Shown here: one piece after another, positions 54,515-64,000 of the stretch
How positions within the stretch are numbered: the first letter of the stretch is position 1
Layout: every line of letters begins with the position of its first letter
Sequence record: NC_104726.1
Origin: a phage
Reading direction: 5' to 3' (one strand)
Length of the DNA stretch: 64,000 bases
Position numbers and translations under genes: made by a program
Notes under the pieces: model-generated
The model's database searches: none
Seen by the model: the letters and a program-made list of their open reading frames with translations, nothing else
What the model was told of the DNA's origin: nothing

Positions 54515-56878
54515 GTGCATGAGTATCCCAACTAAGTCACACAACGATGCACCACCATTCTGTTGGTATGCATTAAGTAAAGAGTGTTTAGATCGGGTCC
54601 AGATAGCATGACCATCAAAAGAGTAGATAAACTTCTTACCCGTTGCTTCCCAGAATTTCTCCAGATCTTCTTTACGCCCCTTAAGACCAGGGTTGGCATC
54701 CCAGAGTGCATCGATTACCCTTTGTCCCAACTCTGGAGAGATGTCCAGCATATCTGCAACTTTATCTTTTTGTGCCCCATACATAACCCCATACGTGATA
54801 GGTTTACCGTCGTTACGAGACACCTCTCTACCTGCTACTTTTGTATATGCCTCAGCATTGTTTTGGTGTGCGTCCCCGTTACTTACAACATCGTAATACA
54901 GGCCGTTGTCGAACTCAAAGGCACCCCAAGCCCCGATAAGCTGCTCTAAGTTGGACCCGTCAATACCGATCTCAAAGTATCCTGGAGGAACACCCCACAG
55001 ACTACGCATCTCTTTACCCATAACCACTTTAGGAGATGGTTTAGGCATGTTTGCACAAATGCTGTGTTTCTGTCTGGAAGTGTTTGTTAATCCGGAGCTT
55101 TTAGCAGGAAGCTTATGGTCAATCTTCAAGCGTGGGTGATTAAGAAGACCAGTATCAACCTTATCCTCCTTGATTGGATCAAGGACCGATCTGCGGTTTC
55201 GCAATGATAACCACAAGACGATATCTTTAGCCATCTCTCCGTTCAATTTTTCAAGATTCGGACATAGGTGTCCAAACGTATCTTTCAGTTGCGGAGAAGT
55301 AATAAGTGCCCTAGCTTTTCTACGTATTTTCCCGAATACTTCCTTTTTAATCCTTTCGGAGTTAGGAAAGCTTCGGAACTTGTGTACTGTTGTCTGAAAC
55401 TTAGCATCAGTTTTGTTCCAGAAGTTGATAATTAGGTCACAATACTCTGACTCTAAAAGCTCGTCCATATATGCATATACTCGTGCATCAACATCTGCAT
55501 CAGGTAAAGCTTTCTTCTTGCTGTCTTTAGTTACATCTTTAGTTCTCCACATTGTTGGGAGCCAACCAGCACTGATTAGGTATCGCTTGATGTCGTCCTG
55601 ATTGCTGATTTTCATAGGTATCTTGCAGTCAGGCATTCGCTTCTGCTGCAGATCACTTATTGCCTGATCCATCAGCTCTTTAGGTAAGGGTTGTGGTGTG
55701 GAGGTGCCCTTAATATAGCCTCTCAAGAAATCAGCCATCTTATCGGGGTCTTTGCAGCCCATCTCTTCACACCATTTTATCCCCATCTTGCTGACATCTC
55801 CTGTAGAGGTAAATGCTCGCTTAGGCGGGGCTTTGAACTCTAAAGCACTCATGTCCACAGGGTAGCCAAGCTTGTCTTTTAACCATTTCCAACCATTATT
55901 GGAGATTGTCCCATCCTGGTTAAACGGCTTTTCAGGGAACTTAGGCCGCTGAGACATTGATAACTCTTTTAAAGGAAGTTGTGGTTCAACACGATCAGCG
56001 ATCTCTTTCATCCACGCATCGCAGCGGTCACGTAAAGCAATAGCCCCATCTATGTCGAAATACACACCCTGTCGAGCCTGCAGCTCCATCAGGAAATGCT
56101 GCAGCATGCCTCGGCGTAATGCATTCTTCCAGGTAATCTTCTTGAACCCTTTCGGCTTCTCTTTGGCTGGATCGTACATAAAGTTCTGCATGTCAGATTT
56201 GCCGTAGAATACACCTTTTGATTCCGCTACCAGCTCTTTCCAGAGCAGCTCCTGGATGATAACGTCCTCGAATACACGATCAACATACTTCCACAGAGGT
56301 AAATTTCTCCAGTCATCAATTTTAACCTTCTGGTTTCCTAAAGCGTACCCCCACGCCATTAGGCCATGAGGACCTACCTGCTGCATACGTTTTGTAACAG
56401 GATTGTATACAGAATCAGGGCATCCTTTAGGTAACGGTCTGTCGGGCCATAGTATACGACTCATTGGCAGAGTGTCGAACAGGTTCACCTGATGATTATT
56501 GATTGTCCCCATACACTTGGGATCACGGAACATATCAAAATGAATACCAGACAGCTTCTCCATCAAGATAAAGTCATAACTAAAACAGTTGTGACAACTT
56601 AATGATGTGGGTGACCAATCGGAGTTCCCGGTTAACCACCATTCAAGCTGGCTGAAATCCGCAATACGGACAGAGCAGCTAGGATAGATATCTTGCTTTG
56701 CCAGCATAAATTGTTTTGCTTTTTCAACCTCCTCTTCACTGTAATGAGATCTATCATTGATAGGCAAAAACAACATAAAATTATTTTTATTCAACTCTTT
56801 AAACAGGCCACAATGGTAGTAAAGATCTTCCTCGTCCAGAAGACCTGAGGCCTCAAAGTCAAAATTCCACATACTCAT
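54515..56878 (-). CDS. family A DNA polymerase, exon 1 (3'-5' exo and polymerase motifs A/B)
   Basis: N-terminal FDFEASGL (exo I); motif B ...KPITYGVMYGAQ; frame runs on 21 codons into the intron after ...GILMH; AAGGAGA RBS. Confidence 0.85.
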
Positions 56879-56940
56879 AGTATAAACGTTCTCCTTAAAG
56901 GGGAGGCGGTTGTACTACCCCTCCCACTCTTTGTTAAACA

Positions 56941-59019
56941 TTAAAAAGGCGTTTCATCATCCTCAAAACCAGGGACCGGGTCAGAGGATGGATCATCGTA
57001 CTGGAGGTCTTCCTGCGTGTCAACAGGCTTAACAGTAGGAGTTACAACCTTATCAGCCACAACCTTGCCCATAGGTGTTTCTACAACTGCATGCTCCTGA
57101 TCCTCAAACATAGCCTGAGGTCTCCAAACAACCTCCCCACCTTCTCCGTCTGTAAACATTTGCATTTCTTTGTCCCAGTACCAATTACTGGCATCATGGA
57201 ACTTACCTGTGTGCGGGTCCATAACCAAAGTGTCAGCAATACCTAGAGTTTTTGCTGGACGGTTTTTAAGACCTACCAGACGGACACGTCCACGAGAACG
57301 ATCCACCATTTCTTCGGCCTCGACACCTATGACTACCCAACTCAACTGTTCAAGCCCCGCCGATCCTCGCAAATTCTCTTTTCGCACAGGATACCAGAAA
57401 GGTAACGGGTTACCATCCTTGTCCTTAGGAGGCACAATCTCTGTACGTTTGAGGTGAGCGATCACCAAGATAAACACGTTAAACTGCTTACAAAACGCAG
57501 CCAGCTGAGTCATAGCCATGTCCAGTTCTTTTCGCTCATCCTTAACATTAAGCCCTGAAATTACCATGGACAGGTGATCCAGCACAATATAACGGCAATG
57601 GTACAGGCAAACCATTTGCTTAAGCTTGGTAATCAACTCGTCCACCGGAATAGATCCGAAATGTTTGAACACTTTGATTTTTCCAGCTTTTGCCCATGAT
57701 TGGTGAATCTCTGCGTGTTCTTGATCAGTTAAAAACTGGCTAGGATCTTCAACAAACTCTTTAACATCAAACCCTAACTGGTTTGCATACAAGGAGTTAA
57801 TTGCTTCCTCTGGGTCCTCCTCAAGATGGATCATACATAGACGATCATCCTCTTCATAGTCATCAGCCTTCGGGCATGTCGGGTCCATTAGGTATCTTGC
57901 AATACAATGTTCCAGTTTTTTAGCTACAGTTGTTTTACCGCCCCCTGATGGCCCTGTAAGCATTACGAGTGTCCCTTTGTGCAAGCCTTTTAGCATTTTT
58001 TGCAGTTTTGGGAACTCTGCGCTGATATCTACCCCGTTGGAAGTCTTTTTCCGCAAAGACTCGATAGAGAAGTCTTCTAAATCCGACACAGCATCAGGCA
58101 CATATTTAACAGGGTGCCGGAACATGTTGACAATATCTTCCAGCTTTTTAGCCTTCAGCATGTCACGGATATCTTTTACCCCGTCAGGGTCATTTACTTC
58201 ACCAGGGTATTCTACGTGGTAAACGTTATCAGCCATCAAAAATGCTGCGATATTGTGCGTGGCCTCAACACCTTTAATGACGTGTTTTTGCTTCTCTACC
58301 TCGTTAGCTGCATCGTTATCCATTGCCAGCACAACTGTTCCATAGCTACGGATAAACTTCTCATTGTTTGCAAAAGTATCTACTGCGTTTGCACATCCAC
58401 AGTTAATTCCAACAAAAGGCAGGCAGGGTTTTCCTGCCAGATCACCACCGTTGATAACTGCGTCGATCCCGTCCTGGACCTCTTTAGCCCACTGCTTCAC
58501 CTTTGCCGGGGCTTTAGCGTTGGTGAGAATCCCTTTTACTTGTATCTGATATGCAGCCTGCCATGCTGCAATAACATCACCTTCTCCCTCACAAACGTTA
58601 ATCTGCTTACGGTTGTTGGAAGATGCACACAGCTTTTGACCAAACATCTGGGAGTTGGCCTTTACGATGCCAACAACGGAGAAGTGGCCCCTTTGTTCTT
58701 TAGGAATAGTCCAGTCACGCTTTTTGAAACCGGACAGATTTCCGTAGCGGTCGTAATATGGGAAATATGTTGCAGTGACTGTCACACCGTCTTCTTGTGA
58801 CAATGCTGATCGCACACCAAAATATTGTGCAGCCATCAGACCGATATTTTGTTGTGGGACAGGGACAATTTTAGTATTTTCTAAAACAGTCTCTACAGTT
58901 TCAACCTCTTTTTCATCACGATAGTCTCGTTTCACACTTCCCCCACTTTTATACTTAGTTGCTTTCGGGTTTGGCTCACCGAAACGGTTGTATGCAGATG
59001 CCATAAATTTACTTCCCAT
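56941..59019 (-). CDS. primase-helicase (TOPRIM primase fused to DnaB-like helicase)
   Basis: TOPRIM-like VCEGEGDVIAAW and LAMDNDAANE; Walker A GPSGGGKTT and Walker B IVLDHL; AAGGAG RBS. Confidence 0.8.
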   Translation of the reverse strand: MGSKFMASAYNRFGEPNPKATKYKSGGSVKRDYRDEKEVETVETVLENTKIVPVPQQNIGLMAAQYFGVRSALSQEDGVTVTATYFPYYDRYGNLSGFKKRDWTIPKEQRGHFSVVGIVKANSQMFGQKLCASSNNRKQINVCEGEGDVIAAWQAAYQIQVKGILTNAKAPAKVKQWAKEVQDGIDAVINGGDLAGKPCLPFVGINCGCANAVDTFANNEKFIRSYGTVVLAMDNDAANEVEKQKHVIKGVEATHNIAAFLMADNVYHVEYPGEVNDPDGVKDIRDMLKAKKLEDIVNMFRHPVKYVPDAVSDLEDFSIESLRKKTSNGVDISAEFPKLQKMLKGLHKGTLVMLTGPSGGGKTTVAKKLEHCIARYLMDPTCPKADDYEEDDRLCMIHLEEDPEEAINSLYANQLGFDVKEFVEDPSQFLTDQEHAEIHQSWAKAGKIKVFKHFGSIPVDELITKLKQMVCLYHCRYIVLDHLSMVISGLNVKDERKELDMAMTQLAAFCKQFNVFILVIAHLKRTEIVPPKDKDGNPLPFWYPVRKENLRGSAGLEQLSWVVIGVEAEEMVDRSRGRVRLVGLKNRPAKTLGIADTLVMDPHTGKFHDASNWYWDKEMQMFTDGEGGEVVWRPQAMFEDQEHAVVETPMGKVVADKVVTPTVKPVDTQEDLQYDDPSSDPVPGFEDDETPF

Positions 59020-59773
59020 TAATTCTGCTCCTTACTACAGGCTCGTTTGCTAAGAATACGGCTTTTGCCCAGCCACGTGGCGTGAGGCTTCGGATCATCT
59101 TCGTTCTTGCACTCTTTCCACCCAGCTTGGCGTGTTGCATGGAATACCCGCTAACCGCGTCAACTATTTGCGGGACAGGTTTTGTGGCCGGGATTATAAA
59201 TCCATTGCCTATCCAGCCGCAAGTTATTTTTGGATAGGCATCACGTGGAGCTATAAATTCAGGAAACCAGGGGTTTACATCATCCTCCGGTAAATACCCA
59301 CCATAATCCGAAGGATGAAAACGGTAATCAGGTTTTCGCCACAGTGTGGACATAACCCCTACAGGATTCTCTACATGCCACGGGCAATCGTAAATCTCTC
59401 CCAACTCTTCCGCAACCCGAGCATCCTTTACAGCATTAATTTGGATCAAAGGATCCTTAGCCAGCTTTTTCTTAAAATGTGCAGCACCTGATACCGCTAA
59501 ATGCGTGCACGGAGGAAATGCAAGAATAAAGTCTGGAGCTGGATACATGCAAAAAGTTTCCTGAGGGAACCATGGGTCAATCCAATAATCCACATAGTGA
59601 ATGTTAGGATGATCGGTTATCACCTCTGCATAACTGCCGTGGTCAGCACCTTCTGCATTAAAGCACAGGCACAGGTACCCAGCTTTTGCCCAGTCAATAA
59701 CTGCACCACCAGACCCGTCAAATAGACTCCACACAACACCTTTGTGGTAGTGTTCTTTGTAGATGAATTTCAA
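59009..59773 (-). CDS. DNA cytosine-5 methyltransferase (compact)
   Basis: Motif I LFDGSGGA, motif IV FPPCTHLAVSG, motif VI HVENPVGV; TTG start 7 nt after AGGAGA (track start 59803 lies inside the hairpin). Confidence 0.55.
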   Translation of the reverse strand: MKFIYKEHYHKGVVWSLFDGSGGAVIDWAKAGYLCLCFNAEGADHGSYAEVITDHPNIHYVDYWIDPWFPQETFCMYPAPDFILAFPPCTHLAVSGAAHFKKKLAKDPLIQINAVKDARVAEELGEIYDCPWHVENPVGVMSTLWRKPDYRFHPSDYGGYLPEDDVNPWFPEFIAPRDAYPKITCGWIGNGFIIPATKPVPQIVDAVSGYSMQHAKLGGKSARTKMIRSLTPRGWAKAVFLANEPVVRSRINGK

Positions 59774-59791
59774 TTTGCTGTCTCCTAATGC

Positions 59792-59818
59792 AAAAAGCCC
59801 CACCCTTTCGGGCAGGGC
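59792..59818 (-). terminator. rho-independent terminator (same hairpin as at 48171..48198)
   Basis: Minus strand GCCCTGCCC-GAAA-GGGTGGGGC followed by TTTTTGC. Confidence 0.5.
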
Positions 59819-59824
59819 CTAGTG

Positions 59825-60307
59825 TTAAACCCGGATACCTATTGTATACTCGGTGGATACCAATGTCAAATCTAAATTTAAAATTTCTTGCATCTCATAA
59901 TATGCGTCCAGGGTTAGGTACATTTCCCCATCCTTTTCTACATACTTGTCCAAGTGCTTGAGGCATTTCGGATAACTATCAAGTGCAGCTTTCAGGCACT
60001 CAAACTCTGTGCTGTTTATGAATCCTTCCATCTTGGCTACCCGTTCTGGGGTAATGATAGCACTGTAGTGAGATTTAGCTTCCTGAATGCAATGGGTCCA
60101 AGCATCAACCTTCTCTTCGAAAAGTCCAAAGAACTTCTTTTTGGTGAGCTTCAGATTCTTTAAGTGCTTAAGCACTCGGTTGCCGATTACAGCCACATCA
60201 CGAAACTTAAGAATCACTTTGTCGATATCCTCGCGACCTATTTTCACAAAACAGGCCTTACACATTTCAGGGGAGGAATAACCAACTTTCCACATAAAAT
60301 CTGACAT
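59825..60307 (-). CDS. hypothetical protein
   Basis: Track ORF, co-oriented. Confidence 0.4.
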   Translation of the reverse strand: MSDFMWKVGYSSPEMCKACFVKIGREDIDKVILKFRDVAVIGNRVLKHLKNLKLTKKKFFGLFEEKVDAWTHCIQEAKSHYSAIITPERVAKMEGFINSTEFECLKAALDSYPKCLKHLDKYVEKDGEMYLTLDAYYEMQEILNLDLTLVSTEYTIGIRV

Positions 60308-60319
60308 ACCACCTTCTCC

Positions 60320-60715
60320 TTATTCCTTAAAAGCTATGATATCATAGGAACTTGCAGATGATTCTGGTGAAGAATGACTCCAGTCCAGGTCATCAGAATA
60401 GTCAGCGTACTGTGCGCCACTACGCAGTTTGTATTTTACCCACTTACCTGGTGCAGGGTTTTCACCACCTTCCCATACTTCCCAGCCTTCTGGCAGGCCG
60501 TCCTGAGCGTAGTCATCCACCTCACTAATGATCTTAGGGTTTGGCACCAAGATCCCCGCAGGCTCTTCCTTCCGGATAAGTGTCCACACAGCGTATGTGT
60601 CTGAGCAGGCGCATGATAGCAAAGTATATCCACTATTCAGAACTTCTGCAAGCTCTTTTTCAGCATCTTCCAATTTGGTTAAGTGGTATTGGATAATCTT
60701 CACACCTGTAATCAT
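60320..60715 (-). CDS. hypothetical protein
   Basis: Track ORF, co-oriented. Confidence 0.4.
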   Translation of the reverse strand: MITGVKIIQYHLTKLEDAEKELAEVLNSGYTLLSCACSDTYAVWTLIRKEEPAGILVPNPKIISEVDDYAQDGLPEGWEVWEGGENPAPGKWVKYKLRSGAQYADYSDDLDWSHSSPESSASSYDIIAFKE

Positions 60716-61017
60716 CAGAAACCTCCCACTTCTTCAGCAAATGCAGCTGCTGTCGTCGCTGCATCCAGATAGGACTCTAGTTCACGGGCTGCACGTTTGT
60801 AAATTGAGTGGCGCATATCGTTTGGCAGTTGGTGGAAGTCCACCTCTTCACCGTTGTGGTAAACACGCACATCGGTAATTTGTCTAAACCCGTAATAGTC
60901 AACATCAGAGTCACGGCACTCCGAGTCTGGCAACTGGACAACTGCCTGAGCTTCCACAGTAAACATATCGTCAAGTTCGAAATCGATTTCAAAAGTGTAT
61001 GGTTTATAACGTTTCAT
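60715..61017 (-). CDS. hypothetical protein
   Basis: Track ORF, start-stop overlap. Confidence 0.35.
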   Translation of the reverse strand: MKRYKPYTFEIDFELDDMFTVEAQAVVQLPDSECRDSDVDYYGFRQITDVRVYHNGEEVDFHQLPNDMRHSIYKRAARELESYLDAATTAAAFAEEVGGF

Positions 61018-61077
61018 CGTTTAGTGCTTCCTTAGTTTTTGTGGGGAGGAGTGCCTCCCCTTTATACTCACATCTTA

Positions 61078-61419
61078 CTACTCAAGGTCTTCAGAGTCAA
61101 GCTCAAAAAGAATCAAACTGTGCATGCCTGCAGAGAGATCAACACACCCTGCAACAATAAGGGTTTGATAGTAAGGTTCAGCACCCTCAATGTCTTCGTT
61201 AAAATCCACAACAAGGTAGTCACCTTTGTTAAAGGTGTATTTGTCCGATGTAAACGCAAAACCTGCCCAGTCCCCTACTGCAGGATCTTTATCGGTCACC
61301 TTTGTTAGCAGTAGATCTTTTTCACGAGATCTTTTAGTAAAATCGTGAATCACAACATCCTTCTCTTCAGGAGTTGGATTGCCGCACACGTAGTTAACGA
61401 TATTTCTCCACAAACTCAT
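61078..61419 (-). CDS. hypothetical protein
   Basis: Track ORF, overlaps the helicase stop. Confidence 0.35.
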   Translation of the reverse strand: MSLWRNIVNYVCGNPTPEEKDVVIHDFTKRSREKDLLLTKVTDKDPAVGDWAGFAFTSDKYTFNKGDYLVVDFNEDIEGAEPYYQTLIVAGCVDLSAGMHSLILFELDSEDLE

Positions 61420-62786
61420 ACGTCCCCCTCTTCTGCTCTGGTTTCAAAATCTTTCCTGACAATTTTGTCTAAGTCAGGGAATGTTGTATTGTAAAACTCT
61501 ACGACTCGCGGGTCAACAATAATGTCAACTTCTCTTAGTGGACGCAACAAGTTTATTCCTTGTATTGTCTTAACTCTACTCAAAGCGACATACGTCATCC
61601 CAGGAGAGAAAGCTCCGTTCTTTCCAAGGTCTAGGTTGTAACAATCTAGTGTAAGTCCTTGACTTTTATGAGATGTTACGGCGTACCCAGATTTCAGAGG
61701 AAGTTGCCTGTATGACCCAATCACTACCCTCTCTATAAACTTCTCCATCTTCCTTTCTGCAATGTTGTATCTCTGAGATGGCTTATACTCGTTATTCTCC
61801 CACAACCTCTGCTCTATGTCAACCTGTGTTCCATCTTCAAGCTCTACCACCACCGCCTTGTTCTTAAATTTAACAATTGTGGCACGTGTTCCGTTAACAT
61901 AATAAGGTACTTTGTGCGTCGGGTCAACATCGTTGGCGGTTATCATAACTTTCATGCCAATTTTCAACTTCATCTCCTGCTCAACTGGCAGGGTGGAGGG
62001 AAACTTACCCTTCATTTCACCAGTGTATACCTTCTCTGGGGCGTTGATGGCATCATAGAACCTTCTGTTCACTTCCTCTGCTTGTTTGTTGGTGGCGCAA
62101 ATTGTGAGAGCGTCTGTTGGTACACCTCCTTTGTAACAGCGAGCATTAAGTTCTGCTACAACCTCTTTTATGCGACGACCCTCACGAACACAGTTGAGCA
62201 TTGTAGCAAATCGAATAGACTCCTGTCGGAACTGATCTATTAGGGCTATGTTGTGGAGGTCAAGCTCTTTCCAAGATTCGGTATAGCAACACAGGTCCGT
62301 ATGGTAGAAGTTGAAGTAGGCTTCCTTCTCCATAGAAGAGACAACAGGAGGTGCCTGGTAAAAATCGCCAAACAATATGACCTGTATGCCTCCGAAAGGT
62401 TTGTCATTTTTTCGAAGGAAGCGGAGTTTCCTATCCATCTCTATAAACTTATCAGCACGGATCATAGAGATTTCATCGATAATTAGGATGGTAAATGCCT
62501 TGCTTTTCAAAGGCTTTGCTGTTTTTGCCCTTATTGCGGTCCAGTCTGACTCCATGCTCACACCTGCTGCAAGATCGAAGGTTCGGTGTGCTGTTGCTCC
62601 ATTAACGTTTAAAGCGGCTACCCCTGTCGGGGCAACCGTTATGCAAGAGTCTCCATACATCGACTGGATCATGTTGATGAGATACGTCTTCCCACAACCT
62701 GCAGGTCCTGAAACGAAGACATTCTCACCGCTCATGATTGCAACGAGGGCAGCATCTGTGCCTACATCATACTGCCCTTTTTCCAT
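61416..62786 (-). CDS. PIF1/Dda/RecD-like SF1B DNA helicase
   Basis: Walker A GPAGCGKT, Walker B IIDEISM, FGDFYQAPPV, C-terminal VTSHKSQGLTLD. Confidence 0.75.
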   Translation of the reverse strand: MEKGQYDVGTDAALVAIMSGENVFVSGPAGCGKTYLINMIQSMYGDSCITVAPTGVAALNVNGATAHRTFDLAAGVSMESDWTAIRAKTAKPLKSKAFTILIIDEISMIRADKFIEMDRKLRFLRKNDKPFGGIQVILFGDFYQAPPVVSSMEKEAYFNFYHTDLCCYTESWKELDLHNIALIDQFRQESIRFATMLNCVREGRRIKEVVAELNARCYKGGVPTDALTICATNKQAEEVNRRFYDAINAPEKVYTGEMKGKFPSTLPVEQEMKLKIGMKVMITANDVDPTHKVPYYVNGTRATIVKFKNKAVVVELEDGTQVDIEQRLWENNEYKPSQRYNIAERKMEKFIERVVIGSYRQLPLKSGYAVTSHKSQGLTLDCYNLDLGKNGAFSPGMTYVALSRVKTIQGINLLRPLREVDIIVDPRVVEFYNTTFPDLDKIVRKDFETRAEEGDV

Positions 62787-63991
62787 TACGCCTCCTCGTA
62801 AAGAATGTCGATAGTGTTACCGTCACGATCAACTACATATTCAATAGGGTCTCCATCTTTGCGTGCTTCCGGAGCTACCACAATCTCATAGCGGCATGCA
62901 CGGCACTTGGCGCTATTGTGTTGGTATGGCACACTAACCACATCTGCAGGGTCAACCATGACAGTCATTACAGTGCCGTAGCTCTTTGCATACTCTTTGC
63001 TGGCGCAGTGTAAGCCATAGGAGCACGCAGCTTCCGGATCATCCTCTACAAAGTTACGAGGCATGGATACAAAAGCACCCTGGTATTGTGGAACTTTACC
63101 ACTGTGCCAATCTACCCACTTGCTGCCGTTAAACTGAACCCCTTTGTAGCAAATGATTCGACCATCTTCTGCAATCTGGATATCGTTGGCCTGCATAAAA
63201 TCGTAGAGCATGTTTACAGATTTTGCAGAAGGATTGCGTAGCAGGCGAACGAGGAATTTCACATAGCGGTCATCCAGCGTTCCGTCTGCATAATCTTTCT
63301 CAATTTTCTTTGCAATGGTGGATCGCATCTCTACACCGTAGTAGTAGAGCTTACCATCTTTCATGATCAGGTTGTCTGCAAGTGTGGTGAACTCATTCTT
63401 GCGTTCCAGCCAGACAAGGATTTCACCAATTGCCTCATCATATTCCTGAACAGAGATATGGTCGAAGACTTTCTGGTAAACTTCCTCACTTTCGCTGCGG
63501 CGAATTTCAAAAATGCCTTCGTTGCAGGTGATCTGGAGGAGTTCCTCACAAATAACTACTAAAGGCTCGATGCTTCGAGTCTGTTGCTGAGACACACTGC
63601 TCACCACCTCCAGCACCGGGTCTTTGACTTCTACTAAAGGTTCTTCTGACTTGATTGCCACCCCAGTGAACCCCACACCGTGAACAACACACAGTGGGTA
63701 TACCACGCCCCAACGTTTAACGGAACCTTCGCCTAAGTCTAAGATCATGGCGTACTTACCATTATCTTCCAGCCCATATCGAAATAGACGGGCCTCTTCA
63801 CGGGTTTCAAAATCCTCACGGGTGTAGCAGACGCTGTCACGGTCAGGATCGAACAACTCTGGGGCACCAACTGCCAGTGTCCAGGTTGTGTCGCCTTTCT
63901 CAATGGCACATGTGAAACCCTTCTTCTCAAGTTCTGCACGGCGGTCGCGTGCTTCTTTACGAGTTTTGAAGTGTTCGTAGATGAAAATCAT
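62786..63991 (-). CDS. hypothetical protein (401 aa)
   Basis: Track ORF; start near the window edge; no motif recognised. Confidence 0.4.
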   Translation of the reverse strand: MIFIYEHFKTRKEARDRRAELEKKGFTCAIEKGDTTWTLAVGAPELFDPDRDSVCYTREDFETREEARLFRYGLEDNGKYAMILDLGEGSVKRWGVVYPLCVVHGVGFTGVAIKSEEPLVEVKDPVLEVVSSVSQQQTRSIEPLVVICEELLQITCNEGIFEIRRSESEEVYQKVFDHISVQEYDEAIGEILVWLERKNEFTTLADNLIMKDGKLYYYGVEMRSTIAKKIEKDYADGTLDDRYVKFLVRLLRNPSAKSVNMLYDFMQANDIQIAEDGRIICYKGVQFNGSKWVDWHSGKVPQYQGAFVSMPRNFVEDDPEAACSYGLHCASKEYAKSYGTVMTVMVDPADVVSVPYQHNSAKCRACRYEIVVAPEARKDGDPIEYVVDRDGNTIDILYEEA

Positions 63992-64000
63992 AACTGTCTC

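Noticed and set aside
58114-58800. 228 aa + strand ORF inside the primase-helicase gene
   Set aside because: Antisense to a gene with strong TOPRIM and Walker motifs; Cys/Leu-rich low-complexity translation.
1-64000. Integrase, transposase or prophage boundary
   Set aside because: No recombinase or transposase motifs, att-like repeats or flanking host genes recognised; the mobile elements seen are intron and homing-endonuclease type.

Overview
This 64 kb window reads as part of a large virulent tailed-phage genome (early and DNA-metabolism region); no structural, rRNA, tRNA or CRISPR features were recognised. Positions 1-19,500 (+ strand) hold a nucleotide-metabolism block: an endonuclease VII-like resolvase, three DNA methyltransferases across the window, dNMP-kinase-like and 5'-nucleotidase-like genes, a divergent ThyX-like gene, nrdA, nrdB, a glutaredoxin, nrdD split by an ORF-less group I intron, nrdG, phoH and a ClpP-like protease. 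Positions 19,700-30,800 (+) carry about 35 small early genes behind near-consensus sigma70-type promoters, including an expanded family of small acidic proteins and a clear ribosome hibernation factor (HPF/RaiA) homolog. Positions 30,800-33,300 are a 2.4 kb repeat-rich non-coding region where the two transcription arms converge. Positions 33,300-48,200 (-) are a second array of small genes with a recurring dyad-symmetric intergenic motif, a macrodomain protein and a 1 kb repeat-bearing non-coding island. Positions 48,200-64,000 (-) are a replication block: SSB-like protein, a family A DNA polymerase interrupted at motif C by a group I intron carrying an HNH endonuclease, a primase-helicase, a C5 methyltransferase and a PIF1/Dda-like helicase. 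All calls rest on reading the sequence and the ORF track by eye; no database search or folding was run. The best candidates for something undescribed are the small acidic protein family, the phage-borne HPF, the two T5orf172-type proteins with tandem zinc-ribbon repeats, and the repeat-rich non-coding regions.
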